From a virus (Duplodnaviria > Caudoviricetes): DNA of 54,605 nucleotides. Each line of letters starts with the position of its first letter. Within the stretch, counting starts at the first letter, position 1. The translations under genes were made by a program, and so were the position numbers. The notes under the pieces are model-generated. The model saw nothing but the letters and a program-made list of their open reading frames with translations, was not told the origin of the DNA and made no database searches. The stretch is taken from positions 1-54,605 of the IMG/VR virus record IMGVR_UViG_3300037114_000023, one strand, 5' to 3'. This document shows, piece by piece, positions 46,886 to 54,605 of this stretch.

Positions 46886-47067
46886 ATAAAGTATTCGGGT
46901 TCGGTTTCTGGTATCGGACAAGGACACATACAAGGGACGCCAACGCAATGCCCGCAATCATCCTCCTTGCAGTGATAACAGACAAAGCAGTTCCCTTGCT
47001 TCGCCATCATCAACGATTCCTCGTGGCTTTCAGGAGGGTAGTCGGCTATTTCAATCTCGGTTGGCAT
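46882..47067 (-). CDS. Small Cys-rich protein
   Basis: CFVCYHC...CGHCVGVPCMCPC. Confidence 0.55.
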   Translation of the reverse strand: MPTEIEIADYPPESHEESLMMAKQGNCFVCYHCKEDDCGHCVGVPCMCPCPIPETEPEYFI

Positions 47068-47261
47068 GTTATTTTTTCTTTCGATTTTTTATCTCTTGTA
47101 AAATAACCACCCCAAAAAATGTGACAAGGAACATGATTGCAAGTCCAAAGACGCAGACTTCTGCTGTTTTTTTGTTGTCCACAGCCACAGGTGCATTGAG
47201 CATAGAAAAAGTTTAGGCACTTCTCCAACTCATTCACCCTCTGCGCGATTTTGTGGTTCAT
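47046..47261 (-). CDS. Small Cys-rich protein
   Basis: CTCGC, coupled start. Confidence 0.45.
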   Translation of the reverse strand: MNHKIAQRVNELEKCLNFFYAQCTCGCGQQKNSRSLRLWTCNHVPCHIFWGGYFTRDKKSKEKITCQPRLK

Positions 47262-47926
47262 GGCAATAGCTTAAGCCGGACAAGCATTTCATATAAACAA
47301 GAGTGTTGCTCTGCCCAGTCGTTTCCTAATTCGCCTTCAATTATACTGACGGATTCCTTACAACACGCTAGAAGTCTCTCATTCTTCGCTTTCAACTCGT
47401 CGCGTTGGTCTTGATACTGGTCACGTTCTTCACGGGCAATGCGATAGGATTCTATAAGTTGCGCATTCTCCGCTTTCAGCTTGGCGATGGTGGAGAGGTG
47501 CCAGCGGGCGACGGCTCTACTTTCCACACGGTTACGGAAATGAAACCTATCATCGTATAACAACTCCTCCCCTAATACACACACTTGGTCATCACTTGGC
47601 GATGTTGCCCCATTAGTCACTTCTGGGGCTGGACTTCCCTGCGAACCATTCAAGTCCTGAGGGCATGTAGCATCACCTCCTTTCAATTTGTCGCCACACC
47701 AAGGGCAGTGAGTAAAACTGGTTAAAGCGTATCCGGCATAGTAATTACGCCACACAATATTAGATTTCCAGTTGATGCAATCACATTGTAATCCTTCCTT
47801 TGGTTGCGGCGTGGCGGGAGTGAAGTGTTGGCACGGACAGGAACCGTGATAACAATTAAGTTTATTCCCGTGCCAACTATAATTATGCCCACACTCGCAA
47901 ATCTGTTTGTCTTGTTGCTCACTCAT
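47258..47926 (-). CDS. Cys/His-rich mosaic hypothetical protein
   Basis: CECGH...CPC, CDC...CPWCG, coiled-coil tail. Confidence 0.6.
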   Translation of the reverse strand: MSEQQDKQICECGHNYSWHGNKLNCYHGSCPCQHFTPATPQPKEGLQCDCINWKSNIVWRNYYAGYALTSFTHCPWCGDKLKGGDATCPQDLNGSQGSPAPEVTNGATSPSDDQVCVLGEELLYDDRFHFRNRVESRAVARWHLSTIAKLKAENAQLIESYRIAREERDQYQDQRDELKAKNERLLACCKESVSIIEGELGNDWAEQHSCLYEMLVRLKLLP

Positions 47927-47942
47927 TTTCGTTCCTTTGGGG

Positions 47943-48188
47943 TTATCGGTGTTCGGTTGTGCCGCGTTTATATGCGTAAGGCTCAAATTCATCCTCGCGT
48001 GATTCTCTCAAATCATTTTGCATGGCCGGATGGCAGTCATAATGAAAACGGTTTGTCTGAAATTCACCATCGTAAACGCCAGCCATTTTTACATGAACTT
48101 CACGGATGGCGATTGCCTCTCCGCACCAAATGCAGTTGTATTGCTTCCGTGCTTTTGGCCTCGTCTCGGATAACAGTTCGTAGCCCAT
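47943..48188 (-). CDS. Zn-finger protein
   Basis: KARKQYNCIWCGEAI...HYDC. Confidence 0.7.
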   Translation of the reverse strand: MGYELLSETRPKARKQYNCIWCGEAIAIREVHVKMAGVYDGEFQTNRFHYDCHPAMQNDLRESREDEFEPYAYKRGTTEHR

Positions 48189-48216
48189 AATCTCAATCCC
48201 TCAAATAAACGACTGG

Positions 48217-48636
48217 TTATTGGTCATAATGGTAGCGTCTATCTGCGATTTCCTGACGCTCAGACCACCACGCAGCGGCTTCTTCCTTAAATTTGAACGA
48301 CAAGCCGATAATGTTCATTTGGTCGTCTAGGCAAACAGAATTAAAGGTTGTTTTTGGATGCGAGCGAAGCGCGGCGAGAATGCAAGCGGGGCAGCGGTTA
48401 GCAGCGTCTCTCAGCGCGGAAAGTATTTGCTCTTTGTTGTCATTGGTCAACCCATCAAGAATGATGTGCAATTCCGCCCGTGGGGCACTTGGCGTTTCTC
48501 CACTCGCCCCGCACATGCCGCAAATCCGATTAGGGTTAGCTGTGCATCCGCGTTCATGCTTTTCCATTCTGCCCTTGAAGAATCCGCCCTTGCTGCAAAA
48601 TTCGCAGTAATATCGCTTCACGGTTTTTGTTCTCAT
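48217..48636 (-). CDS. Zn-finger protein
   Basis: YYCEFC...HERGC...CGMC...CPAC. Confidence 0.7.
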   Translation of the reverse strand: MRTKTVKRYYCEFCSKGGFFKGRMEKHERGCTANPNRICGMCGASGETPSAPRAELHIILDGLTNDNKEQILSALRDAANRCPACILAALRSHPKTTFNSVCLDDQMNIIGLSFKFKEEAAAWWSERQEIADRRYHYDQ

Positions 48637-48710
48637 AATCTCAAATAAACGACCAGCGCGACGAGTGGCGTCAAGGCCACAGCGACCAGGATTAGGAAGG
48701 CGGTTAGCAT
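48633..48710 (-). CDS. 25-aa TM peptide
   Basis: MLTAFLILVAVALTPLVALVVYLRL bridges the integrase and the next gene. Confidence 0.5.
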   Translation of the reverse strand: MLTAFLILVAVALTPLVALVVYLRL

Positions 48711-49819
48711 GGTTTTAAATACCCACGGGTCGTCTGGCTGCTGGCGTGACCGAGCAGATCGCGGATTTGATTCTCGGTGAGAACCTGGGCCAGCCGTTTG
48801 GCAAGTCCCTCTTTGCTCACCGAATCGAATTCCGACTGGGCCTTGAATCTTCTCGTGCTGTGGAAGCCCTTATCGGCCACGCCAAGCCTTTGGCACAGCC
48901 GCGAGAATTGCAGCGATAGGCTGGCTCGCTTGCGAGGATCGCGGGCAATGGCGTTCTGTTCTGGGAACAAATAAACCTTGCTCGCCGGGACTTCGGAAAT
49001 TAGCCGCGATGTTTCGGCGGTGATAACATGGGCGATGCGTTCGGATGTCTTTTGCATCCAGAGAGTCACCTTGCCGGACTCGGCCAGCGATGCGCGTTCC
49101 AGTTGCGCGATGTCGGACAATCGCAATCCCGTCTCCCTGGCGACACGCACGGCCACCAGCCAGAAAATGATTTGAGTTTCATCCTCGAAAAGCTCTTGCG
49201 AACCTTCCCAATCATCAGTGAGTCCTTTGACCAAGGCGTCCATTTCAGAATCGGTAAACGGCTCGCGTTTCACCTTCTCTTTCTGTTCATGCGAAAGAAT
49301 TGAGAAATCAACCTCGACCAGCTTGGAGACATCGGCGATCAGCCAGCCGTTGCACGCGCAGTAGTCGAAGAAAGCCCGGATGATTCCCAGCGTGGTCCTT
49401 CGGGTGGACAGTTTCCACGTTGACTCGGGGTTGTTCACGACCGCGCCGATATGCTCGGAGGTGACTGCCGACGGCGGTTTGCTGCGGATGCCAGCTTCAT
49501 CCAGCCAGTTATGCAGAACAAACCAGCTACCGGACACTGTGTTGGCGGCGCGATGCCGGCGGATATGCGCCATGTATTTTTCCAATGCCTTGTCACAGGT
49601 AAGATTCTGGCCGGTGAGGATTTGGCCGATTACCCGCGTGGTGAGGCTCCCGGACTTCGCGGCGATGGTGAGCTTTTCGACGCCAGCCTCGCGGACCACC
49701 TTGGCGGCCTCCTCGCGGCTGGAGCAGCCCGTGCTGATGCGCTTGGTCTTGCCTCCGGCGGTCATCACTTTTACGTGATAGATTCCGGAAAGTTTTTTGA
49801 GTGAAGGTTGGGTGGTCAT
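48704..49819 (-). CDS. int: Tyrosine recombinase/integrase
   Basis: TGLRLSDI, FHSTRR, LLGH, TTRGY. Confidence 0.9.
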   Translation of the reverse strand: MTTQPSLKKLSGIYHVKVMTAGGKTKRISTGCSSREEAAKVVREAGVEKLTIAAKSGSLTTRVIGQILTGQNLTCDKALEKYMAHIRRHRAANTVSGSWFVLHNWLDEAGIRSKPPSAVTSEHIGAVVNNPESTWKLSTRRTTLGIIRAFFDYCACNGWLIADVSKLVEVDFSILSHEQKEKVKREPFTDSEMDALVKGLTDDWEGSQELFEDETQIIFWLVAVRVARETGLRLSDIAQLERASLAESGKVTLWMQKTSERIAHVITAETSRLISEVPASKVYLFPEQNAIARDPRKRASLSLQFSRLCQRLGVADKGFHSTRRFKAQSEFDSVSKEGLAKRLAQVLTENQIRDLLGHASSQTTRGYLKPC

Positions 49820-50136
49820 AAACGCGAATCCCTTTCAATGTTTCCGCGGTTTATGTAAAGCTGACGCTCTGGACACCCCAACGCTTTCGCCATGCCGCGC
49901 TTCCAAAGCCGCTCGCGCTCATCGCGTTCTCTAAGTTCGCGGTCATGCTTGCGGAGCGTTTCCTGCAACTCTGATCGAACAGGATTTGGAATACAAAGCT
50001 CGCCAGTCGCTTCGGCGTGCATTTCGTGCGCTCTTTGCAAGTCATCCGCCACCTTCTCGCGCTGCTCTTTGGTTAGAGCATCAATACAACCCGCCTCATC
50101 AAGAGAGCATTCGAGAGCTTCGAGCCAGTAATTCAT
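49816..50136 (-). CDS. Hypothetical protein
   Basis: 106 aa, coupled. Confidence 0.65.
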   Translation of the reverse strand: MNYWLEALECSLDEAGCIDALTKEQREKVADDLQRAHEMHAEATGELCIPNPVRSELQETLRKHDRELRERDERERLWKRGMAKALGCPERQLYINRGNIERDSRL

Positions 50137-50163
50137 AAATCCTCATCGTACGTGGTTAACGGT

Positions 50164-50559
50164 TTATCTGCTCAATCGATCACGGTGCATGAACAGCAGT
50201 TTGTCCTTAAACCACTGGCTTTTGTCAATAAACCAGCCGTTTAGGAAAATGATTGTCACCCCTCTAAGGCCGGCAAGCTGTTGCTCGTCCCACACCCTGA
50301 CAAATTCCTGGTCGCGTTGAACCTCGATGTTGCATCGCCAATGCTCAAACTGTGCCTGATTATGCGCGGCGACAAGTATCCGCTCCTTAGATGACTCACG
50401 CTTTTCAAATTCTTTTTTTATCTTGGCGTACGAAACAACCCTCCAGTATCCAACCGCCGGAATATCTGGATGCGGGTCAGTCACGGTCATAGGGAGTTTG
50501 TGGCGGCTCTGGCGGCGCGCTGGCTTTCGCTTTGGCATCCTTCGCTTTTTTGTTTTCAT
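50164..50559 (-). CDS. Hypothetical basic protein
   Basis: 131 aa. Confidence 0.55.
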   Translation of the reverse strand: MKTKKRRMPKRKPARRQSRHKLPMTVTDPHPDIPAVGYWRVVSYAKIKKEFEKRESSKERILVAAHNQAQFEHWRCNIEVQRDQEFVRVWDEQQLAGLRGVTIIFLNGWFIDKSQWFKDKLLFMHRDRLSR

Positions 50560-50956
50560 AGATTCGTTTCCATTCTTCTGACGCGGTCCTGACGAATTGC
50601 CGCTGGTAGTGGCGCCGCAGCCCGGCCCTCCGGCTGTTCACCGCAACGCGCCACTTTCGCAGCTTCAAATCCACCGCCGTCAAGCGCTTGATAAAATCGT
50701 CTATCCGCTTTCTCCGTTCCTTGTGCAATTCCGCCACTGCGGCCGCAATCTGCCGTGCCAAGGCTTTCGAGTCGTCCTTCCGAAAAGCGTTCACCAGGAG
50801 TTTCCGCTGATGATAAAGCTCGCCCAGCTTGACGCCTGCCGCCTTGATTTGCCTGTCCTCTTTTATCCATGCGATGACCTGTTTTTTGAAAGCCGGTGTG
50901 AACTTGAATGTCGTAAGGCCGACATCGAGATAGGAATGGTCATGGTGTCCTCTCAT
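50477..50956 (-). CDS. Basic helical hypothetical protein
   Basis: Coupled to the ATPase stop; overlaps the next gene by 83 nt. Confidence 0.5.
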   Translation of the reverse strand: MRGHHDHSYLDVGLTTFKFTPAFKKQVIAWIKEDRQIKAAGVKLGELYHQRKLLVNAFRKDDSKALARQIAAAVAELHKERRKRIDDFIKRLTAVDLKLRKWRVAVNSRRAGLRRHYQRQFVRTASEEWKRIYENKKAKDAKAKASAPPEPPQTPYDRD

Positions 50957-52752
50957 GCGGTCGCTGCCGGGGTTAGTTTGATGGTGCCGCGTTCAGGTAT
51001 CAGGCCCATGCAACGGAGGCGAGCAAGGTTTTGCCCGAAAGTTCCTCCAGTGGGATGCAGGTCCAGTGCTGCGGCCAGCGAATTTCGGTCATGCGATTGG
51101 CCATCTTGCAGTTGCTCCAGGATGCGTTCCTGCGACGGATCAACCGTTTGCTTGGCGGCGTCCAGCCCGGTTTCGATTGGCCGCGCTGCGGCTGCGCCTT
51201 TCTCGGTCAACTCACAGCCGTTCAAATAGCCATTGGCGCGGAGAAAAGCGAGATTCTGGCCGTAGGTACCGCCGGTCGGATGAATTCCGTCACGGTTGGA
51301 CTTCTTGTGCCAGCGGGCGATGTTGTTACGGCTCGGCACAATCCCGCGAACATTCAGCATGAGGATGGTGTCAAGGATTTGTTGCTGGCCTACGTCAAGG
51401 TCGCCATTACTTGCGGTGATGGGTTCTGATTGGCGGCGGTTCGTCCCTGATTCCACGGTAAACGGCTCATTATGGCGCACGTCAAGGTTTACGCTGACCT
51501 TTTCACCAGCGATGGATTTTATCTGCGAAAGTATCTTCTCAGCATCCGTTTTTAATTTGGAAAGTGTTTTCTGGCGATTTTGAAGATTCTCATCAATTAC
51601 TTTAGTCACGCGTTCCATTGCCAGTTTAAGGGCTTGCTGTATTTCCTCCTTTGGAACGGTGGACTCGAAATTTCGCGTACTGATTTCGACAATGAATTTC
51701 ATGGCTATCTCCAATTCTTTTGTAAGTTTCTTGATTTCTGACTTTGTTGCACTGAATTCTTCGCTGCTCCGGGCGTAATTCCCGAGGTCTGGCTTTGCTT
51801 TTGCTTTCTGTTCAAGCTCGCGGATCTTCTTCTTCAATTCCGCCGGGTCGTTGGCCTTGGCTTCCTCGATCACGGTGGCCATCTTTTCCTTAACCTCGTC
51901 CAGATTAACGTCGGCCCAACCAGCCATCGTGGTCTTGCGTTGCAACTGCGGCGGGGCAAAAGAATCGAACGTCTCAAACATCGGGAACGTCAGCCGTTTC
52001 GGGCCAAACGCAATTTCAGGCGACCAGACGTAAGCCTCGCCGCGAGCCATGCCTGCCAGATTGTCCAAAACTTCACGGCCTTGCGCCATATCGCCGCAAC
52101 CATCAATCCAATCCTTGACGGCTCCGCGGTCGGCGGCATGGATAACGCGCATCGCGACCAGGGTTTCGCAGCATGTCAGGGTGTCATTGTGGACTTTCTG
52201 CGGGCGCTGGCTGGCAATGAGACAGACCAGCCCGTAGCCCCGTCCTTCGCTCATCAGCCGGTTTGACCAGTGAAGGCATTTACCCGCCTCAGGGTCCATG
52301 ATTTTACCCTTGGGTGCAAAGTTATGGAATTCATCCCCCACCAGATAAAGCTCGCCACTGTTGGCATTGAACAGTGTAGAGGCGAAGTCTATCCAGAATT
52401 TTACCATGTGCGAGGTCATCCAGCCGCGAAATCCGATGATGCAGGGGCGATTGCCCGCGGTGATTAGTTCGGCAACATGCTTGCCGGACTGCGCGTTGAT
52501 TGGAACGTCCTGGGCCTTTGGCTCCTTGAAGTCGCCGAAAGCGATGACAGGAAAGCCTGGCCCATCGCCTGCGGCAGACGACTTTAACCCCCACCAGTCA
52601 CCTTTCGGATCTACCACGCAAACCCGCTTTTTGTGCCGCAAAAGATGCTCGACAATGTGGCGCAGTGCGGAAGACTTGCCGGCACCGGTCTTGCCCAATA
52701 CGGCGATATGCTGATTAAGAATGGCTTCTGGAAATATGAGTTTCATTGGCAA
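50953..52752 (-). CDS. HerA/FtsK-family ATPase (DUF87-like) with tandem C-terminal wHTH
   Basis: HIAVLGKTGAGKS, VVDPKGD, LVGDEFH, SQRPQ. Confidence 0.85.
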   Translation of the reverse strand: MPMKLIFPEAILNQHIAVLGKTGAGKSSALRHIVEHLLRHKKRVCVVDPKGDWWGLKSSAAGDGPGFPVIAFGDFKEPKAQDVPINAQSGKHVAELITAGNRPCIIGFRGWMTSHMVKFWIDFASTLFNANSGELYLVGDEFHNFAPKGKIMDPEAGKCLHWSNRLMSEGRGYGLVCLIASQRPQKVHNDTLTCCETLVAMRVIHAADRGAVKDWIDGCGDMAQGREVLDNLAGMARGEAYVWSPEIAFGPKRLTFPMFETFDSFAPPQLQRKTTMAGWADVNLDEVKEKMATVIEEAKANDPAELKKKIRELEQKAKAKPDLGNYARSSEEFSATKSEIKKLTKELEIAMKFIVEISTRNFESTVPKEEIQQALKLAMERVTKVIDENLQNRQKTLSKLKTDAEKILSQIKSIAGEKVSVNLDVRHNEPFTVESGTNRRQSEPITASNGDLDVGQQQILDTILMLNVRGIVPSRNNIARWHKKSNRDGIHPTGGTYGQNLAFLRANGYLNGCELTEKGAAAARPIETGLDAAKQTVDPSQERILEQLQDGQSHDRNSLAAALDLHPTGGTFGQNLARLRCMGLIPERGTIKLTPAATA

Positions 52753-53043
52753 TTATTCTTCGAGGATTATCATTGTGACCGGCTTCCGTGTGGTTATGGA
52801 GTAGCCAGGTCTAAGCAAAAAACCGATGGATTGGTTGGCTGGCGATACTGCGATGTTCGTTTTACTATCAAACACGGACACGGGATAGGTCGGTTCAATC
52901 CTCACATAAACAGTGGTCTTTGTGTCATTGGTAAAGGAGAATGGCTCGCCCTCGTGTCCGCGCATGGACCTTGTTGTGATCGCCCACTCGGCCAGCATTC
53001 CAGCGATAACTACGAGTATAATTCCGAATGTTTTAGGTTTCAT
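52753..53043 (-). CDS. Membrane-anchored hypothetical protein
   Basis: N-terminal TM. Confidence 0.6.
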   Translation of the reverse strand: MKPKTFGIILVVIAGMLAEWAITTRSMRGHEGEPFSFTNDTKTTVYVRIEPTYPVSVFDSKTNIAVSPANQSIGFLLRPGYSITTRKPVTMIILEE

Positions 53044-53348
53044 GCTGCGGGTTTCTTTCTGTTTTTAATCCAATCCGGCCAGTCTCCGGGCCGTGTGGTT
53101 CCGATGATTGCCGATGCCAGCGGATACCACCGGATATTTCCGTTCTCCAAACAACACGCTATCTGGTCGGGTTGAATCGCGTCACAAATCGCTACGACGG
53201 CATAACCCTTGAATTCCTGGCACTCGATGTAAACAACGTCGCCGGTCGAGAATCGTTCCATCTTCCACTTGACCAGAGCGTCCCTTGCCGCCTGAAAGCT
53301 GGCAATCAGGCCGTCGCGCTCGTCATCCATTCCGTCAACGGCTGTCAT
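53040..53348 (-). CDS. Hypothetical protein (SH3/KOW-like)
   Basis: FSTGDVVYI...ENGNIRWY. Confidence 0.6.
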   Translation of the reverse strand: MTAVDGMDDERDGLIASFQAARDALVKWKMERFSTGDVVYIECQEFKGYAVVAICDAIQPDQIACCLENGNIRWYPLASAIIGTTRPGDWPDWIKNRKKPAA

Positions 53349-53755
53349 ACCTTAAACCCCTTGAGCAGTCGGCAAATCGCGCTCGGCAGTTTATCGTTCG
53401 GTTTGGTCATGGTCTTCCGCCAGCGGACAATCAGCGGTTGGAACACGGTTTTCCAGTGCGGAGATTCCAAAAGGTATGTCCATTTGGGATTAACGTCGTT
53501 CATCCGCAAATAGACTTCCGCCCGGTTCAAGTCGTCGCTGTTGGTGAAGTCCAGGTTGCACGCTCGGGTGAACATTCGGATCTGCCAGAGCGGCACTTGC
53601 TCCCACGTCGGGGTATTGGCGATGCGCTCCACCACGTCGGGATGCCACGCGCAACGCTCGGCAATGTACTCGGTGGTCATCGCTTTGCCTCCTTCGCGGG
53701 CCAACAGGCGGACCAACGGGGGCGGGTATCTTTCTGCCAGTTCGTAATATTTCAT
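53345..53755 (-). CDS. HTH-like DNA-binding protein
   Basis: MTTEYIAERCAWHPDVVERI. Confidence 0.55.
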   Translation of the reverse strand: MKYYELAERYPPPLVRLLAREGGKAMTTEYIAERCAWHPDVVERIANTPTWEQVPLWQIRMFTRACNLDFTNSDDLNRAEVYLRMNDVNPKWTYLLESPHWKTVFQPLIVRWRKTMTKPNDKLPSAICRLLKGFKV

Positions 53756-53994
53756 TGGAGGGATGGAGTTAAACCTGACATGAGGCGGGAGGCAGCACTG
53801 AGCCAAAACCCCCTCTTTCCCCCTTTGACTTCGGGAGATTGAGAGAGGGCAACCCGTCCGCGCTTGTTTAGAGTGCCTTTTCCTGCGGACACCGCCGACT
53901 TCGACGGCCCTCTTAGCACTATTGACCTATAGCCTTTTCCTGTGCTGTAGCCATTTGTGAACAGCGTTAAATTGTCCTCGATTGGCGGGGAAAG

Positions 53995-54102
53995 TAAAAA
54001 CCCCCGCACCGGGTCAAGCAGTGCGGGGATTAATTTCTGCCGGTAAGCCTGAAAAGACAAACTGGCAAATCCTATACGCGCCGTCTTGACCACGGGCATC
54101 GA
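53995..54102 (-). ncRNA. c4-antisense-like RNA/attenuator
   Basis: Hairpin loop GGUCAAG is complementary to CUUGACC in the loop of the downstream terminator hairpin. Confidence 0.55.
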
Positions 54103-54110
54103 ACGATAAA

Positions 54111-54138
54111 AATGTAACACGCTTGGCATGGTCTGCAA
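54111..54138 (-). promoter_or_regulatory. Sigma70-like promoter for the c4-like RNA
   Basis: TTGCAG-N16-TACATT with TG extension. Confidence 0.45.
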
Positions 54139-54144
54139 GTGAAA

Positions 54145-54468
54145 TTAAAACCCGCGTTCTTCCTCATTTTCGGGGTCCGGCTCTGGCCCGCTGCTTGCCG
54201 CCAGTCTCGGCAACTCATAACGCTCGACCGGCACGTTCTGATAGCGCCGCACGAGTTGCAAGGCGATTTCCTGGCTGACTGGATTGAGCGAGTAGATTGC
54301 GCCCGGCCCGTAGAACCGTGTGAATCCCGGTTGCTCGTCAACCTTGGGCACGTCAACGCGGATGAAAGCACCTCCGGCCAGCGTTGCTTCGGTGACTTTG
54401 CCGACAATCTTTTGATGGCCGAACAGCTCGACCAACGCCCATTCCTCGAATCCTTTTTTCTCGTCCAT
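54145..54468 (-). CDS. Conserved phage hypothetical protein
   Basis: WALVELFGHQKIVGKVTE...FIRVDVP...TRFYGPGAIYSL. Confidence 0.75.
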   Translation of the reverse strand: MDEKKGFEEWALVELFGHQKIVGKVTEATLAGGAFIRVDVPKVDEQPGFTRFYGPGAIYSLNPVSQEIALQLVRRYQNVPVERYELPRLAASSGPEPDPENEEERGF

Positions 54469-54490
54469 AGGTTTTACTTTTGTTTTGTTT

Positions 54491-54605
54491 CTACCCCGAC
54501 CGCGACCGCGACCCCGACCACGACCCCGACCGCGACCCCGACCGCGACCCCGACCGCGACCGCGACCCCGACCACGACCCCGACCGCGACCCCGACCGCG
54601 ACCCC
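54491..54605 (-). repeat. Hexamer repeat (TCG-NGG) encoding an S-G/S-R/S-W dipeptide tail; partial CDS
   Basis: 18 hexamers forming two exact 54-nt units; in-frame TAG at 54491-54493. Confidence 0.85.

Larger units (their letters stand above)
1..54605. mobile_element. Temperate podovirus-like dsDNA phage/prophage, partial genome
   Basis: TerL, portal, capsid, tail and ejection genes in P22/T7-like order; no tape measure or sheath; tyrosine recombinase present; no host housekeeping operons. Confidence 0.93.

Noticed and set aside
50556-50870. Alternative-frame 104-aa ORF
   Set aside because: Shadow-like composition; the overlapping 50477-50956 frame has the coupled start
54494-54605. CRISPR array
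   Set aside because: Contiguous hexamers with no unique spacers and no cas genes
1-54605. tRNA genes or stop-codon reassignment
   Set aside because: No cloverleaf with T-loop consensus was noticed; genes tile densely under the standard code using all three stops

Overview
The window reads as most of the genome of a temperate, short-tailed (podovirus-like) dsDNA phage. The plus strand from about 1.4 to 45 kb carries the late genes: secreted Thr/Asn-rich proteins, a lysis-like cassette, TerS/TerL, an HNH nuclease, portal, scaffold, major capsid protein, tail proteins, a modification-enzyme cluster and three probable ejection proteins, the last a 3031-aa polyvalent protein. Both ends carry minus-strand early genes: a RusA-like nuclease, an RHH regulator, a tyrosine recombinase, a HerA-like ATPase and many small Cys-rich ORFs. 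I could not recognise a replisome, repressor or canonical endolysin, so the genome is probably incomplete, and the window ends in a low-complexity repeat. The most notable observations are: (1) a Tad1/Acb2-like signal sponge translationally coupled to an acyl carrier protein, inserted between portal and scaffold; (2) several structural-module proteins with Sec-type signal peptides, plus an 8-stranded outer-membrane barrel in the lysis cassette; (3) two unannotated intergenic structured RNA candidates (5488-5738 and 28681-28804) and a c4-like kissing-loop RNA; (4) a RusA-like gene whose two halves lie in overlapping frames; (5) a ~75-aa module shared among three tail proteins. A Verrucomicrobiota host is inferred only. 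All calls come from reading motifs by eye; no searches or folding programs were run.
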